Shown: positions 52,165 to 64,000 of the stretch, one piece after another
Layout: the number at the start of each line of letters is the position of its first letter
How positions within the stretch are numbered: position 1 is the first letter of the stretch
Origin: Octopus vulgaris
Lineage: Eukaryota
Assembly: GCA_951406725.2 (NCBI GenBank)
Contig: OX597814.1
Coordinates: 161,076,001-161,140,000 of the forward strand
Direction: 5' to 3'
Length of the DNA stretch: 64,000 nt
The notes under the pieces: model-generated
Told to the model about the DNA's origin: nothing
Databases searched by the model: none
What the model saw: the letters and a program-made list of their open reading frames with translations, nothing else
Program-made: the position numbers and the translations under genes

Positions 52165-52680
52165 ACTGCGGCACAAGGCCAGCAATTTTAGGAGGAGGTA
52201 TCAGTTATATCGACTTCCAGTACTTGACTGGTACTTTATTTTATTGACATTAAATGATGAAAGGCAAAGTTTTCCTTTGAACTAAGAACGTAAAGAGCCG
52301 GAAGAAAAGTCATTGAGCATTTTGTTTCATGCACCAACAATTCTGTCAGCTCGCCGCTCTAATAATATGATAATTTATGTATCATTTTAGATTAATTAGT
52401 GCGTTAACAATGTTTTGTTTCAATATTACACTGCAGAATATATCTATAGATCTTAGCCACCAACACTAATTATTCTAGAAGAACAAGGCCTGAAATTTTG
52501 AAGGTGGGGTTACTCGGTTACATCATTTCCCCATGCTCAACTGATGCTTATTTTCTCGACTTTGAAAGGAATGAAAGGCAAAGCTGATCTCGACATTTGA
52601 ACTCAGACCGTAAAACTGGAAAAAGTGCTGTTAAGCATTTTAGCCAAGATAGTAAAGATTCCTTTAGCTCACTGCCTTAA
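52165..52680 (-). mobile_element. Two decayed family A SINEs
   Basis: GAAAGGCAAAG...GAACT motifs. Confidence 0.65.
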
Positions 52681-53296
52681 CGCTGTATGGAATAATAGAT
52701 GTAAACACCGTCTTTGTATGCAGTATCTCTCATTGTACAGGGGAAAAGGGGTGGGAGGAATCATACTAATTAGTTCCAATCTTGTCTTAGGATTTCATTA
52801 ACAACCGAGTGCTCTCTTTATTATCTAAACCTTTACTTATCACAGACTACAAATAAAATATTACTAATTGTATGGATTCCAAATCTTTAAATAATTTCCT
52901 TTAAAAACAAAAGAAATGTATCAGTGAAAAGGGTCAGTGGGGGGGGAGGAAAGAGGTCACCAGTTTGATTTAATATCTTGTTTGTTAAATTGATTTTCAA
53001 AAATGCCCCACCCTCCCCCAACATGCACACAAACACATATTACGTAAATCACCACTTAATACGCTTGACAGCATTGAAAAATATTGATCATCATATCTAA
53101 TTATAGTATTTTGTTACTTTCTGAGTGCCAAAATATCTTCTTACTGGAGAAAAAACTTAAGTGATTGGATTTTTAAAATGTATTTTGTACTTTTTATCAA
53201 ACTCTTAAGGTACTTAAGAGATTCATTTGATTTCTCTTACATTTCAAAAATCTTCATAAATGTATTTCACAAACGCTCAAAATGTTCTACTTACAG

Positions 53297-53602
53297 GGTA
53301 CTACTTAGGAAGAGTGGTCCCGGTGCGCGCACTCGCGTACTCAGGCATCCGCGCTAGCTAGTCGTGACTAGTCTATCTTTACTTTGTGTTTTTGTTACAT
53401 TTACTTTGTTTTTTAAAAAATTAATTACTTTTTGTTTTTGTGTTTTATTTACTTTGTTTAAAAAAATTATTTACTTTGTGTAAAAAATGATTTATTTTGT
53501 GTTTTATTTACTTTGCTAGGTAGTCGTAGGATCGACTAGTCACGACTAGCTAGCGCGGATGCACGAGTGTGCGCACCGGGACCACTCTTTTTAAGTAGTA
53601 CC
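53297..53602. mobile_element. MITE with TIRs of about 70 bp and a 9-bp TSD (Merlin- or Mutator-type)
   Basis: TIR GGTACTACTTA..AAGAGTGGTCCCGGTGCGC...GCTAGCTAGTCGTGACTAGTC; TSD TACTTACAG/TACTTATAG; internal TTTACTTTG repeats. Confidence 0.85.
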
Positions 53603-54273
53603 TACTTATAGAATTCATATTACGTATTTAACAATATAAGATTAAGGGAAAAAAAGGTGCGATTGTAAACGTCTTGAACTTTTAATCGCTTGTAGAATAT
53701 AGTAACAAAGAAACAGAAGGTGTTGGGTATGAAAGCAATAAAAGCCATATGCTATCAGCAGGTAAGATACGTGGGAATGTTAGTTTGCCGCCAATTTTGG
53801 ATCTAACGAAATGGAGAGTCGGTTGTTGCTAACATGTATTAGTTAATTTGACAGCTGCAAGATGTTTCAGTATTTATTCTGTTACAGTTTGCATAGTAAG
53901 GAGCTTCTCTTAGCATTTCACTCAAACGAATATCTCCCACAACTGTGAAGCAATTAAAGTATCTCAAAGCATAACATTTCTTACTGGCGTATACCTTGCA
54001 AGTTCAAATAGAAAATCTCCCTCCAATCAAACTCTACAGATTTGATAATGTAGTCACTACTTCGTACCCCTACAAAAAGTCAGAATTGTCATGGCTGGAA
54101 TGTATTTGATCTTAGACCTGCTCGATCAATGCTAAACAATAACAACTCAAAGCAAATGAAGGAATATCTACGTGGTCGTTTTACTTTTTAACTTCCAAGT
54201 CAAACCTGATCAACCAAGCATTCGACCAAAGGCGTTCAAACCACGGCCACCTCATTTTCCATATATCCTCTGT

Positions 54274-54642
54274 GAAAAGTCTGGCTGCATACACGTTAGC
54301 ATATGTCAGGTGCATACAATTGACAACACAGTTAATTAAGATTTATTCAGTGAGTTCTATTCAACACATGTTTACACGTGGAATCCATTAGATGAAGGCA
54401 TTTTCAAAGTTTTGGCCGATAAAGTTGAACTGAAAAACCCTACAACGAGGCATGAATTGCACGAAGCCGTCTTGCGGTCTTGAGAAGAGCTATCTGAGCA
54501 GAAAATTCGTAGATGTATTCAACATCAAACTCGTGTTCGGCGTCAAATAGTTGACTGTCGTGGTGGTAACAGATTCGTGTAATAAATTTTGTGTTTATTT
54601 TGTTTCATAATATATATTTTTTCGGATGCAGCCAGACTTTTC
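54274..54642. mobile_element. Tc1/mariner-derived internally deleted element
   Basis: Inverted GAAAAGTCTGGCTGCAT / ATGCAGCCAGACTTTTC. Confidence 0.6.
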
Positions 54643-55844
54643 CAATGTGTCCTTCACTGCGTTTTTAGAAGATCGAACAGCCACATAGAGAATCTTTCGT
54701 TAGCTAACCTAAGGCAGTACCCGCCCTGACTAGCCCTTCTTTTGGTATACCTAGGATAGCATATAATGTGTCTTTTTTTTTTTTTTTAGATGGTATAGTG
54801 AGAACTGAAATAAATTTGGTCACTGTCTAGCAAATGTTTTGTTGGATGCACCTTTGTTTATCTGGTGAAAGTTGAACGATAAAATATGAAATCTTTCTTT
54901 GCAAAAAAAAAAAAAAGAAATATTTTTTTTTTTGCTTATAGTTTTCATTATTGCTACTTGGGTCTACTAACTCACTAAACAAATACATGTATCTCTTTAC
55001 ATCAGCTGAACTAATGACACATGAATATCAAGGGAGCTCTATATCGTGGGGTGGGTGGAGTCTTTAATTTTTTTTTTACAATTCTAGAGCTCCAAAGATT
55101 TGCTTGATATATTTCTATATTGCTAAAAACAGCAGCTAAATCACTCTTATTACACTATCATCTTACAAACTGACACGTTGAAAAATGTAATCCAGGGCAC
55201 ACTAAACCTGCAAAAAAAAAAAAAACCCAACAAAAACAAGAAATGCGAAGGTATGGTTAGAGCTGGAATGCTTTTCACCATAGCAACCTAAGCCATTTTA
55301 AGATAGGTACAATGGGTGCTGTTGCATCATGATCCAGGATCTCAATGAATATAATTTCATCATACTCTTGGTACAAACCCAAACTAATATCACCAAGCTA
55401 ACTCTATGCAGTCTTAACTTTGAACTCTTAGTTACTTTCAAGTCTTGAGATATTTGCAATTGTTTCTGTATTGATTATATCCATGCAATTTTAGCTGTTT
55501 ACAGCAAGAGGCCAGCTATTGAAACTTATATTGTTCTACCGTTTTGATTAATTCAATTGAGTAACTATAGTGTTCATCAACAGAATCTAACGCTTTCAAT
55601 ATCTCAATTGTATCTGCAACTTTTGTCTTTTATTCATTAACTGATCAGCTAATTAATTACATAGATTAGCACTCCACTACTGTGTCAGTCTGTTGTGGTG
55701 ATAATGAAGTCTTTGAATTTTTTCTGGTTAGTTGTTACAATCACGTTTGTGTGTTGTTATGGTGTCCAAAGAATTAGCATCCCAGTATTTCAAACTACAA
55801 GAGCTTGTCTGAAAGGAGATTTGGTTGTGGTATTTGTAGAGAGC

Positions 55845-56620
55845 AAGGTAGTGAGCTAGCAGAATCGTTAGCACACTGGGCAAAATGTTTGGTGGCATTT
55901 CGTCCATCTTTAGCTTCTGAGTTCAAATTGAACTCAGAACATAGCGATGGGCGAGATATCATTAAGCATTTCTTCCAGCTTGCTAACGATTCTACCTGAT
56001 TGTGCCACAAGGGTAGCTATTTTGGAGGAGGGGATGAATCGATTACATTGACCCCAGTGTTTCACTGGTACTTAATTTATCAACCCCGAAAGGATGAAAG
56101 GCAAAGTCGCCCATGACAGAATTTGAACTCAGAACGGAGCGACAGGCAAAATACCACCAAGAGTTTCGTCCAGTGTGCTAACGATTCTTATTTCTTTATT
56201 GCCCACAAGGGGCTAAACATAGAGGGGACGAACAAGGACAGACAAAGGGAATAAGTCGATTACATCGACCTCAGTGCGTAACTGGTACTTAATTTATCGA
56301 CCTTGAAAGGATGAAAGGCAAAGTTGACCTTGGCGGAATTTGAACTCAGAACATAACGGCAGACGAAATACCACTCAGCATTTCGCCTGCCGTGCTAGCG
56401 ATTCTGCCAGCTTGTCGCCTTTGATAATAATAGTAATTATAATAATTGTAATAATAATAATTATTATTTAAATGTTCAACTGATACTTGTTCTATTGACT
56501 CCGAAAAGATGAAAGGTAAAGTTGACTTTGGCAGAATTCAAACTCAGAAGATAAAGGTGGGTGAAATGTTGCTAAGCATTTTGCTCAGCATGCTAATGCT
56601 TCTGTCAAGCTCACTGCTTT
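55845..56620. mobile_element. Cluster of family A SINEs
   Basis: Four to five partial copies, including a head-to-head pair joined at the B-box (TCTGAGTTCAAATTGAACTCAGA, about 55916-55938). Confidence 0.8.
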
Positions 56621-56679
56621 AAATAACAACAGTAATGATAAATATATATATATATATATACACACACATATATATTGAG

Positions 56680-56988
56680 TCAAGTACATTAACATCAACA
56701 TCAAAATAAATATCAAATGGAAATTGTAGTTGTGATACCTGTGCCGGTGGCACGTAAAAAGCACCAACTGATCGTGGCTACTGCCAGCTTCCCCTGGTAG
56801 CTGTGCCGCTGGCACGTAAAAAGCAGCCACTACACTCATGGAGTGGTTGGTGTTAGGAAGGGCATCCAGCTGTAGAAACACTGCCAGATCAGACTGGAGC
56901 CTGGTGCAGCCTCCTGGTTTCCCAGACCCCGGTCGAACTGTCCAACCCGTGCTAGCACAGAAAACGGATGTTAAATGATGATGATGAT
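56680..56988 (+). mobile_element. RTE 3' tail
   Basis: Same tail family, (GAT)n end. Confidence 0.8.
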
Positions 56989-57044
56989 GTGTGTGTGTGT
57001 GTTCAAATTTCACTGAGGTCGACTTTGCATTTCATCCTTTCTGA

Positions 57045-57090
<46 letters not shown>

Positions 57091-57955
57091 AAAAAACATA
57101 TACATATATATATATACATATACACATACATGACAGGCTTCCACACAGTTTCTGTTGACCAAATTCCGCTCACAAGGTATTAGTCAACCGGGCGGCTGTG
57201 TAGGGGGATTGAACCTAAAACCATGTTGTAAAGAACCTCAACCACATTGCTATACTTTACCTCTAGATTTGAGCCAACTGTTTTCATGCGTTTCTTTTAC
57301 AGATTTGTAATGGCTGACAACATGAAAATATGTACAGGTAGGAGTTGTATGCAACATTTCTGCAGCTGAAGCTGACATTTGCAATGCAAGATTATTTTCA
57401 CAGTGAGTAAAGCATTATTGTCGGTAAATCAGAAACTGGGTGGTATCGACTTACTTGTATACACACCTGAAATCTGTTATGTTCTTATTGCTGGTGGTGT
57501 GATGTCAGTCTTGTTGATACTACTTATAATAGTGATGTAGTATGCTTGTTTTATTGTTTGGTGAAGAAATAATATATCAGAAATAGATTTGAAGTTACCT
57601 TGTTTTCTAAATGCTCATTCCTATTGGAGTTGTATTTCAATAAACCTGACAGACTGAGAAAGTGAGAGAGAAAGAAAAAGGAAAGAAATAAAACCAGCAT
57701 TTTCTATACAGTGTGTGCTTTTTATGTCTCAGTTAAAGATATAAAATGTTTGCCACATTTTTTTTGAGCTGAAAGAACTTGACAATTTTTTTTCTCTCTT
57801 TATGAATGACATGACAAACTCTTTGTATATAGCATATCAATAGGTTTAGAGTTAAACAAACTAGTGCAGGCATGGGAGCCCATTATATATGTATATAGGG
57901 AGATGTACTTGCATAGCAAGTGACCTGATCTGAGATCGTGTGCTGGAACGAAAAC

Positions 57956-58236
57956 AATTGCAGTGTGGAAAGTGTTTATAAGCCATTTAAGAAATACACA
58001 AAAAACATTAGATTCACTTCAACATTTAAATCTAATTTGCCAAAATATTTTCGTCACTTTGAGACCGTGATCTGTTCACTGACAAAATTTCGTGCAGCAT
58101 GAAATTTTGTCAGTGAACAGGTTGCGGTCTCAAAGTGACGAAAATATTTTAGCAAATTAAATTTAAATGTTGAAGTGAATATAATGGTTTTTGTGTGTTT
58201 CTTAAATGGCTTATAAACACCTTCCGTGCTGCAATT
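57956..58236. mobile_element. Penelope-like inverted pseudo-LTR remnant with two minimal hammerheads (minus 58036-58087, plus 58106-58156)
   Basis: Inverted arms of about 135 bp, bordered by (TA)n; each arm has stem I-GUGAACA-stem II-GAAA-AUAU-UU-stem I'. Confidence 0.6.
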
Positions 58237-58460
58237 ATATATATATGTATATTAGAGAGTAAAAGTAGGAAAAGTTATATCTTAAAAATCGCAGTAGAGA
58301 TAAGTCCATAATATACACAGTATTCTATAATAAATAAATAGATGAAGTACAACTATGATCATTAAAAATTTTTTTTAAGTTTTGAAAGTACTTACGATCG
58401 TTTCATGAATATACTACCTCTCAAAATGAAATCTAAAGTTGATAACCATTATTGGGAAGT

Positions 58461-58952
58461 GGCCGCATCAGGCCCAGTCTGATCTGGCAGTGTTTCTACG
58501 GCTGGATGCCCTTCCTAACGCCAACCACTCTGTGAGTGTAGTGGGTGCTTTTTACGTGCCACCCGCACAGGTGCCAGACGGAGCTGGCAAACGGCCACGA
58601 ACGGATGGTGCTTTTATGTGCCAGGCGAGGCTGGCAACGGACGTAAAAGCACCATCCGATCGTGTCCGTTGCCAGCCTCGCCTGGCCCCCGTGCTGGTGG
58701 CATGTAAAAGCACCGTCCGTTCGTGGCCGTTTGCCAGCTCCGTCTGGCACCTGTGCGGGTGGCACGTAAAAAGCACCCACTACACTCACAGAGTGGTTGG
58801 CGTTAGGAAGGGCATCCAGCCGTAGAAACACTGCCAGATCAGACTGGGCCTGATGCGGCCTTCCGGCTTCACAGACCCCAGTTGAATCGTCCAACACATG
58901 CTAGCATGGAAAGCGGACGCTAAATGATGATGATGATGATGATGATGATGAT
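58461..58952 (+). mobile_element. RTE tail insertion carrying a 5' inverted copy of itself
   Basis: 58461-58616 is the reverse complement of 58705-58860 (one mismatch seen); (GAT)n tail. Confidence 0.85.
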
Positions 58953-59398
58953 ATCCACTAGTCAGAGAAAAGGATGAATTTCAGTGTAGTAAATTGAATG
59001 AAAGAAATGCTTTTTAAAATCAGATGAGAAAGGTGTTGTTTAAAAAGTTATTTGTATAAATCTGAGTTGGTATAAATTTGAGCTAAAACTTTTGAAAAAA
59101 TAAAATAAATCCATGGTAAAATCCGTGGTAAGAATCTGTAATGTCTGTGTTGATAGAATTCTCATAATTCATTTCCTCTTCAGTGTATAATCATTAAGTG
59201 TAAGAAAGTAAAAGTGATTACTTGTTGCTTTTATATTTATAGAGATAAAACTAGAAGATATCATTATTATATTTTATGCTCTCTAATTATAATCGCTTTA
59301 ATTGAATCTCTAAATACCTTCTAAGGTTTTAGACATTTCTCATACTAAGAGCACTTATCTGAGATCCAGTACACTTTGTTTTCAAAGGACATGTTTGA

Positions 59399-59462
<64 letters not shown>

Positions 59463-59470
59463 TAAGTAAT

Positions 59471-59704
59471 TAAGGGTTTAGCAACGATTTGCCTCACCAC
59501 ACACCGAATTTAGAAATAGCAGTCAAAGAGTTTTGGCTATTCTTTCTACTTAAAAGGGAGATCCCAGTAAAACCACAGCACTTAAAAAGCAAACAACGCA
59601 GGCAAAAGAGAAAGAAATGACGACAGAATGATTGTCAGCCAAAACTCTTTGACTGCTATTTCTAAATTCGGTGTGTGGTGAGGCAAATCGTTGCTAAACC
59701 CTTA
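59471..59704. repeat. Perfect 68-bp inverted repeat with a 98-bp spacer
   Basis: 59471-59538 vs 59637-59704; lies between (CT)n(TA)n and (TA)n tracts. Confidence 0.9.
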
Positions 59705-59810
59705 CTTAAACCTTCCTTGAATGGGGCTTTTACATGCCGAACTCTACTTGGTGAAATTAATGATTATTCCAAATTAATTAATTTCACCCTTTATTATTCT
59801 TTATTATTGA

Positions 59811-59876
<66 letters not shown>

Positions 59877-59877
<1 letters not shown>

Positions 59878-60092
59878 TGACGTATTTTTGCCATTTCAAT
59901 ATGGCTAACCCCTAAGGGTGGATGCTACTGTAGTTTTTAGCCCCAGGAGGACACACTCCTCCAGCTGGCCATAGACACACTTTCTGTGTCCTGTCTATGG
60001 CCAGCTGGAGGAGTGTGTCCTCCTGGGGCTAAAAACTACAGTAGCATCCACCCTTAGGGGTTAGCCATATTGAAATGGCAAAAATACGTCAC
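59877..60092. repeat. Perfect 101-bp palindrome with a 14-bp spacer
   Basis: 59877-59977 vs 59992-60092. Confidence 0.92.
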
Positions 60093-60202
60093 GATGTGTT
60101 ACCGCTACTGTATATAACTCACTTTGATATTTATCATTATATATATTTATATATGGTAAATGAAAGATGAAAAATGGAATATATGAGAGTATTTATTATT
60201 AA

Positions 60203-60306
60203 TCACAACAATTGTTTTGACACATCTAGCATTGATCCCTTATGGGTAGGCCACTTAACGACTGGTTCAGGAGCATCCAGCGGTGCAGATCTGTCTCATT
60301 GGGTGA
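60203..60306 (-). ncRNA. Degenerate type I hammerhead (Penelope-like remnant)
   Basis: Minus strand UCAC-CCAAUGA-GACAGAUCU...AGAUGUGUC-AAAA-CAAUUG-UU-GUGA; the stems are retained but the core is mutated. Confidence 0.4.
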
Positions 60307-61030
60307 TAAATAGATACAACTCATTAAAATAACAGTTTTACAATGTATCTCCTCATTTCATAGAAAGAAAAGGAGCAAAACAAAGGAAATATCCTCATTT
60401 ATATAGAAGATTAAAAATAAAATCACAGATGCAAAAAAAGAAACAAGTACACAATACAGTGAGAAAAGTATCAAAAATAATCATTAACAGATATGGATGT
60501 ATAAATGTCCTAGCACAAGTTGCATGGCATGTGCACACTCACTCATACAAGCATCTGCAAATATGTAAACATATGCACACATGTGGTTTGGTGCACTCAC
60601 AGTCACAAAGTGAGTTAAATAATTACTTGATGTTTATAAGAATGGGGAAGTTAAAGCTAAACTAATATATACACAATGTATGTTTAATATGTATCATTAC
60701 CCATTATTTTCTGGAAAAAAAAAATGTCTAGATGGGCTATTTTTCATTCAGAAGCTATTAGCGTGGTTCACCCAAAAACCGAAGAATCTGAAATAAAAAA
60801 GAAAGGACATTACACAGAATAATGAAAACATAATAATGGTGTTGCCATAATGTGCAAACCAGCTGGGAAAAGTTTTATAAAAAATCGATTCACAGAAAGC
60901 TATTAGCGTTGTTCAGGGTATATATGTAGCTACAGTTGGCAGTTGATACTGTACATTTATAAACAATGATTTTTGTGAGACAGTCATTATCTAAAGGACA
61001 GGAGGTTGGGCGTCTGCAGTTTCATATGTG

Positions 61031-61068
<38 letters not shown>

Positions 61069-61449
61069 CTCTCTCTCTCACATATATGTATGCATACATG
61101 TGTGCATGCATTTTTGTTTTGTGTTTATCTATTTCTGTTTGACAGTTGGTGTTGGTTTGTGTATGCTTTTGTAACTTAGCAGTTAGAAAAATGAAAATTG
61201 ATCAACTAAAACCCTCTAATGTGGTTACTCTAGCATAGCTGCAGTTCAGTGATTGAAACAAGTCAAAGAATAAAAGCTGTGGATACTTCATTATGAAATT
61301 TTATAATACTTGGTGCTGTTATTACTATGTTGATTTAGCTCTGGGACAGCTCTAATTAGGCAGACGTATATTCAAGGAACATTGGCTATGATCATCCCAT
61401 TTTATTTTAAAACTTAGTGTAAGTGTTCTAAGAGAACAATTGGATATCA

Positions 61450-61925
61450 GAGGCAGTAGATGAGTGCAAGAGAGAAGATTGCATTGATATGGTCATGTGA
61501 TGCATATGGACAAAGACAGCCGCATAAAGAAGTCCTGATCTCTAATTGTGGAGGGAACCTGTGAAAGATGTGGAATGAAGTGGTAAAATATGATCTTTGG
61601 ATGTTGAGTCTCACAGAGGTGATGACAAGTGACTGAGACTTCTGATAATTTGCTGTGCTTGAGAATGTCAAACTAAGTGAAATTGTGGTTGTAACCTGCA
61701 CTGGTGACATGTATAAGGCACGTATGCTAGTGACATGTACAAGACCCCTGTGCTGGTGACACATAAAAGACACCAAGTACACTCTGTAAAATGATTGGCA
61801 TTAGGAAGAGCATCCAACCATATAAACTAAGTTAAAACAGATGATTGGAGCCTAGTGCAGCTCCAGTCAAATTCCTAACTCATGCCAGCATAGAAAACGA
61901 ACATTAAATGATGATGATGATGAGG
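61450..61925 (+). mobile_element. Decayed RTE LINE 3' end
   Basis: RLH.YGHVMHMDKDS-like frame followed by the family tail and (GAT)n; a further tail fragment lies at 62240-62360. Confidence 0.7.
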
Positions 61926-64000
61926 ATCATGATAATGATGAGTGTGAATAGGACCATATTTTAAGATGGTAATTTGGTTGTTATTTCTAGAAGTTCAAGT
62001 GAATTCTTACAAGCTCCTTTGTTGACCTGTAATTCTTGGTGTCTTCACCAAGAACACTATTTTATTAAAATTTACACTAGATTGTACAGAATGCTGCTTG
62101 CATAACCAGGTCTTTGTTCACACTATTTGTACTTCATGGAGTATGTATTCATTCCATTTCTAGCTACATGTGGAGAACATGCTTTGTTTTTATTATTAAA
62201 TCTATATAGTCAGAGATAATTAAAATCATGAAAGAGTTTCATCCAGCTGTAGAAACTCTGCCAGATCAAGACTGGAGCCTGGTGCAGCTGTCTGGTTCGC
62301 CAGCCCTCAGTCAAAATCGTCCAACCCATGGGAAGTGGACGTTAAACGATGATGATGATGTAATGGTATTTGTGCATGCACATGCATGTGTGTATGGAGA
62401 CAAGGAGTAAAATTAGAAATAAATGATCAAAATTAAAAATAAATTAATTTTAGTTAAAGAGCCAAAACAAAAATATATCTCAAGGAAATTATCTTTAAAA
62501 TTAGAAAAAAAATACTGACATTTGGAAAGCAGCCTAAAACATGAAAATATTTTGACTAAGTTCATGCTCATTTGTTCAGTTTTTTTTTTCTGTACAAAAT
62601 TATATATTTGATATGATTGTTTTAATCATTTAAGACTTCTTGTTATTGTTGTTTGACCCTAGGTCAACCCTGATCAAAATGCATTCTGTCTGTGACCATA
62701 CCATCTTTTTAGGGAAAATTTTGGACTAAATTTTCTAAAGTGTGCTCCTTGTATTAAAATAGTCACAAATGATTTAAAGGAGATCTAACTACTATTTCCA
62801 GTGCATCAAATGCCAAGTAAAAGCATGTATCACAAAGATCACACACACACACACACGCACGCACGCACGCACATACACACAAACACACACACACACACAA
62901 ACACAATATAAATTGATTAACTTTCATGCTGGATTATATCTACATTGTATTTCTTTTTTAATCATCTAGATATTTATATTATTCTGACATTTCTCTGTTC
63001 TGTGTTTTCTTGACACTTTGAAATGGTATTTCTCAAAATTCAGGATTTAGCTAACCTGTTAGTTTAGTATAATGTTTCTGGAAACTGCTTTAATGTTATG
63101 TGCCTTTACAGAGTTGAAGAGTTGATCAGTTTCCACAAAGCAGTTTGCCAGTTTTGTTGTCTATTACATTTCTACACTGCATTCAGCTAGAGCTTCTTAC
63201 TACCTTCTTACTCACCTTTCAACACTTTGCTAAATATATTCTGTAACAGACGCATTTGTTATGAAAATTAGCTTCTTTCAAACAATGTTATAGATCTAGG
63301 CAGCTGTTTAGTAAGCTTTGGAGAATATTTCTTCCAACAGGTACTATAATGACTTGAGAATACTAGTTAAAAATAACTTGTGTTTCTATGAGTAATAAAT
63401 TGTGCATATTTCTAATTGCAGTTACTTTGTCTATAAGTAAGCTAAACGAGGGCAGAAATTCCGTTGAAATCTTTGACGCAAATAAACAGATCATCTTCCT
63501 TGTGGCTGTTTTGATTTTCAATAAATTCTCTCTGCTGCCAACACCATCTTCAAAAACAGTGTCACTATGACCAAGTACAGAAAAAAATAAATATATATAA
63601 AAATAAAAGTAAGTTTAAAATAGTTGTTGGTGTAACTTGAATGTAAACGTATACTCTAGGTTTGATGGCATTTTGTAGGGTGTGAGTACACAAAGTATTT
63701 TATAGAGGCTTAATATTTCTGGTACACTTGGTATAATGCAGTGGTTCTCAACTTTTTTGTTTTTAATTCACTACCCTTTCACAGAATGGCATTTCACAGA
63801 TGCCTTCTCACCATGTTTTGAAGAAGAAGAAAAAAAAACAACAGCACAGATTCAAATCAATTTAAATGAAACTGAAGCCAATTTTGCACAGAAGTTTATT
63901 ATCTGTTTTCTTTTCAAAATTCTGTCCAGTATGTGCCTCCATTTAAAGTTTTGCATGGACCAGTTTTCCCTGTGTTAAATTTGTCCAAAAATTATTAAAG

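Overview
Repeat-dominated, AT-rich eukaryotic DNA. The SINE, RTE-tail and MITE repertoire suggests an octopod cephalopod, probably Octopus (inferred, not database-confirmed). I could not build an intact host protein-coding gene; only isolated candidate exons are visible. The window holds decayed mariner, Tc1 and Merlin transposases; 3' fragments of CR1, R4/Dong-like, HERO-like and RTE LINEs; several tRNA-derived SINE families; non-autonomous Helitrons, including a head-to-tail trimer; Merlin-, hAT- and piggyBac-type MITEs; Penelope-like remnants; and microsatellites. Most notable: (1) two copies of a hammerhead-ribozyme core in an unusual permuted, pseudoknotted strand order, in the 3' end of a HERO-like LINE; (2) a palindromic Penelope-like remnant whose two hammerheads carry a compensatory G3-C8 core; (3) repeated fold-back and locally templated insertions, including four long palindromes within 2.2 kb. 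Repeat boundaries are approximate unless TIRs or TSDs are given.
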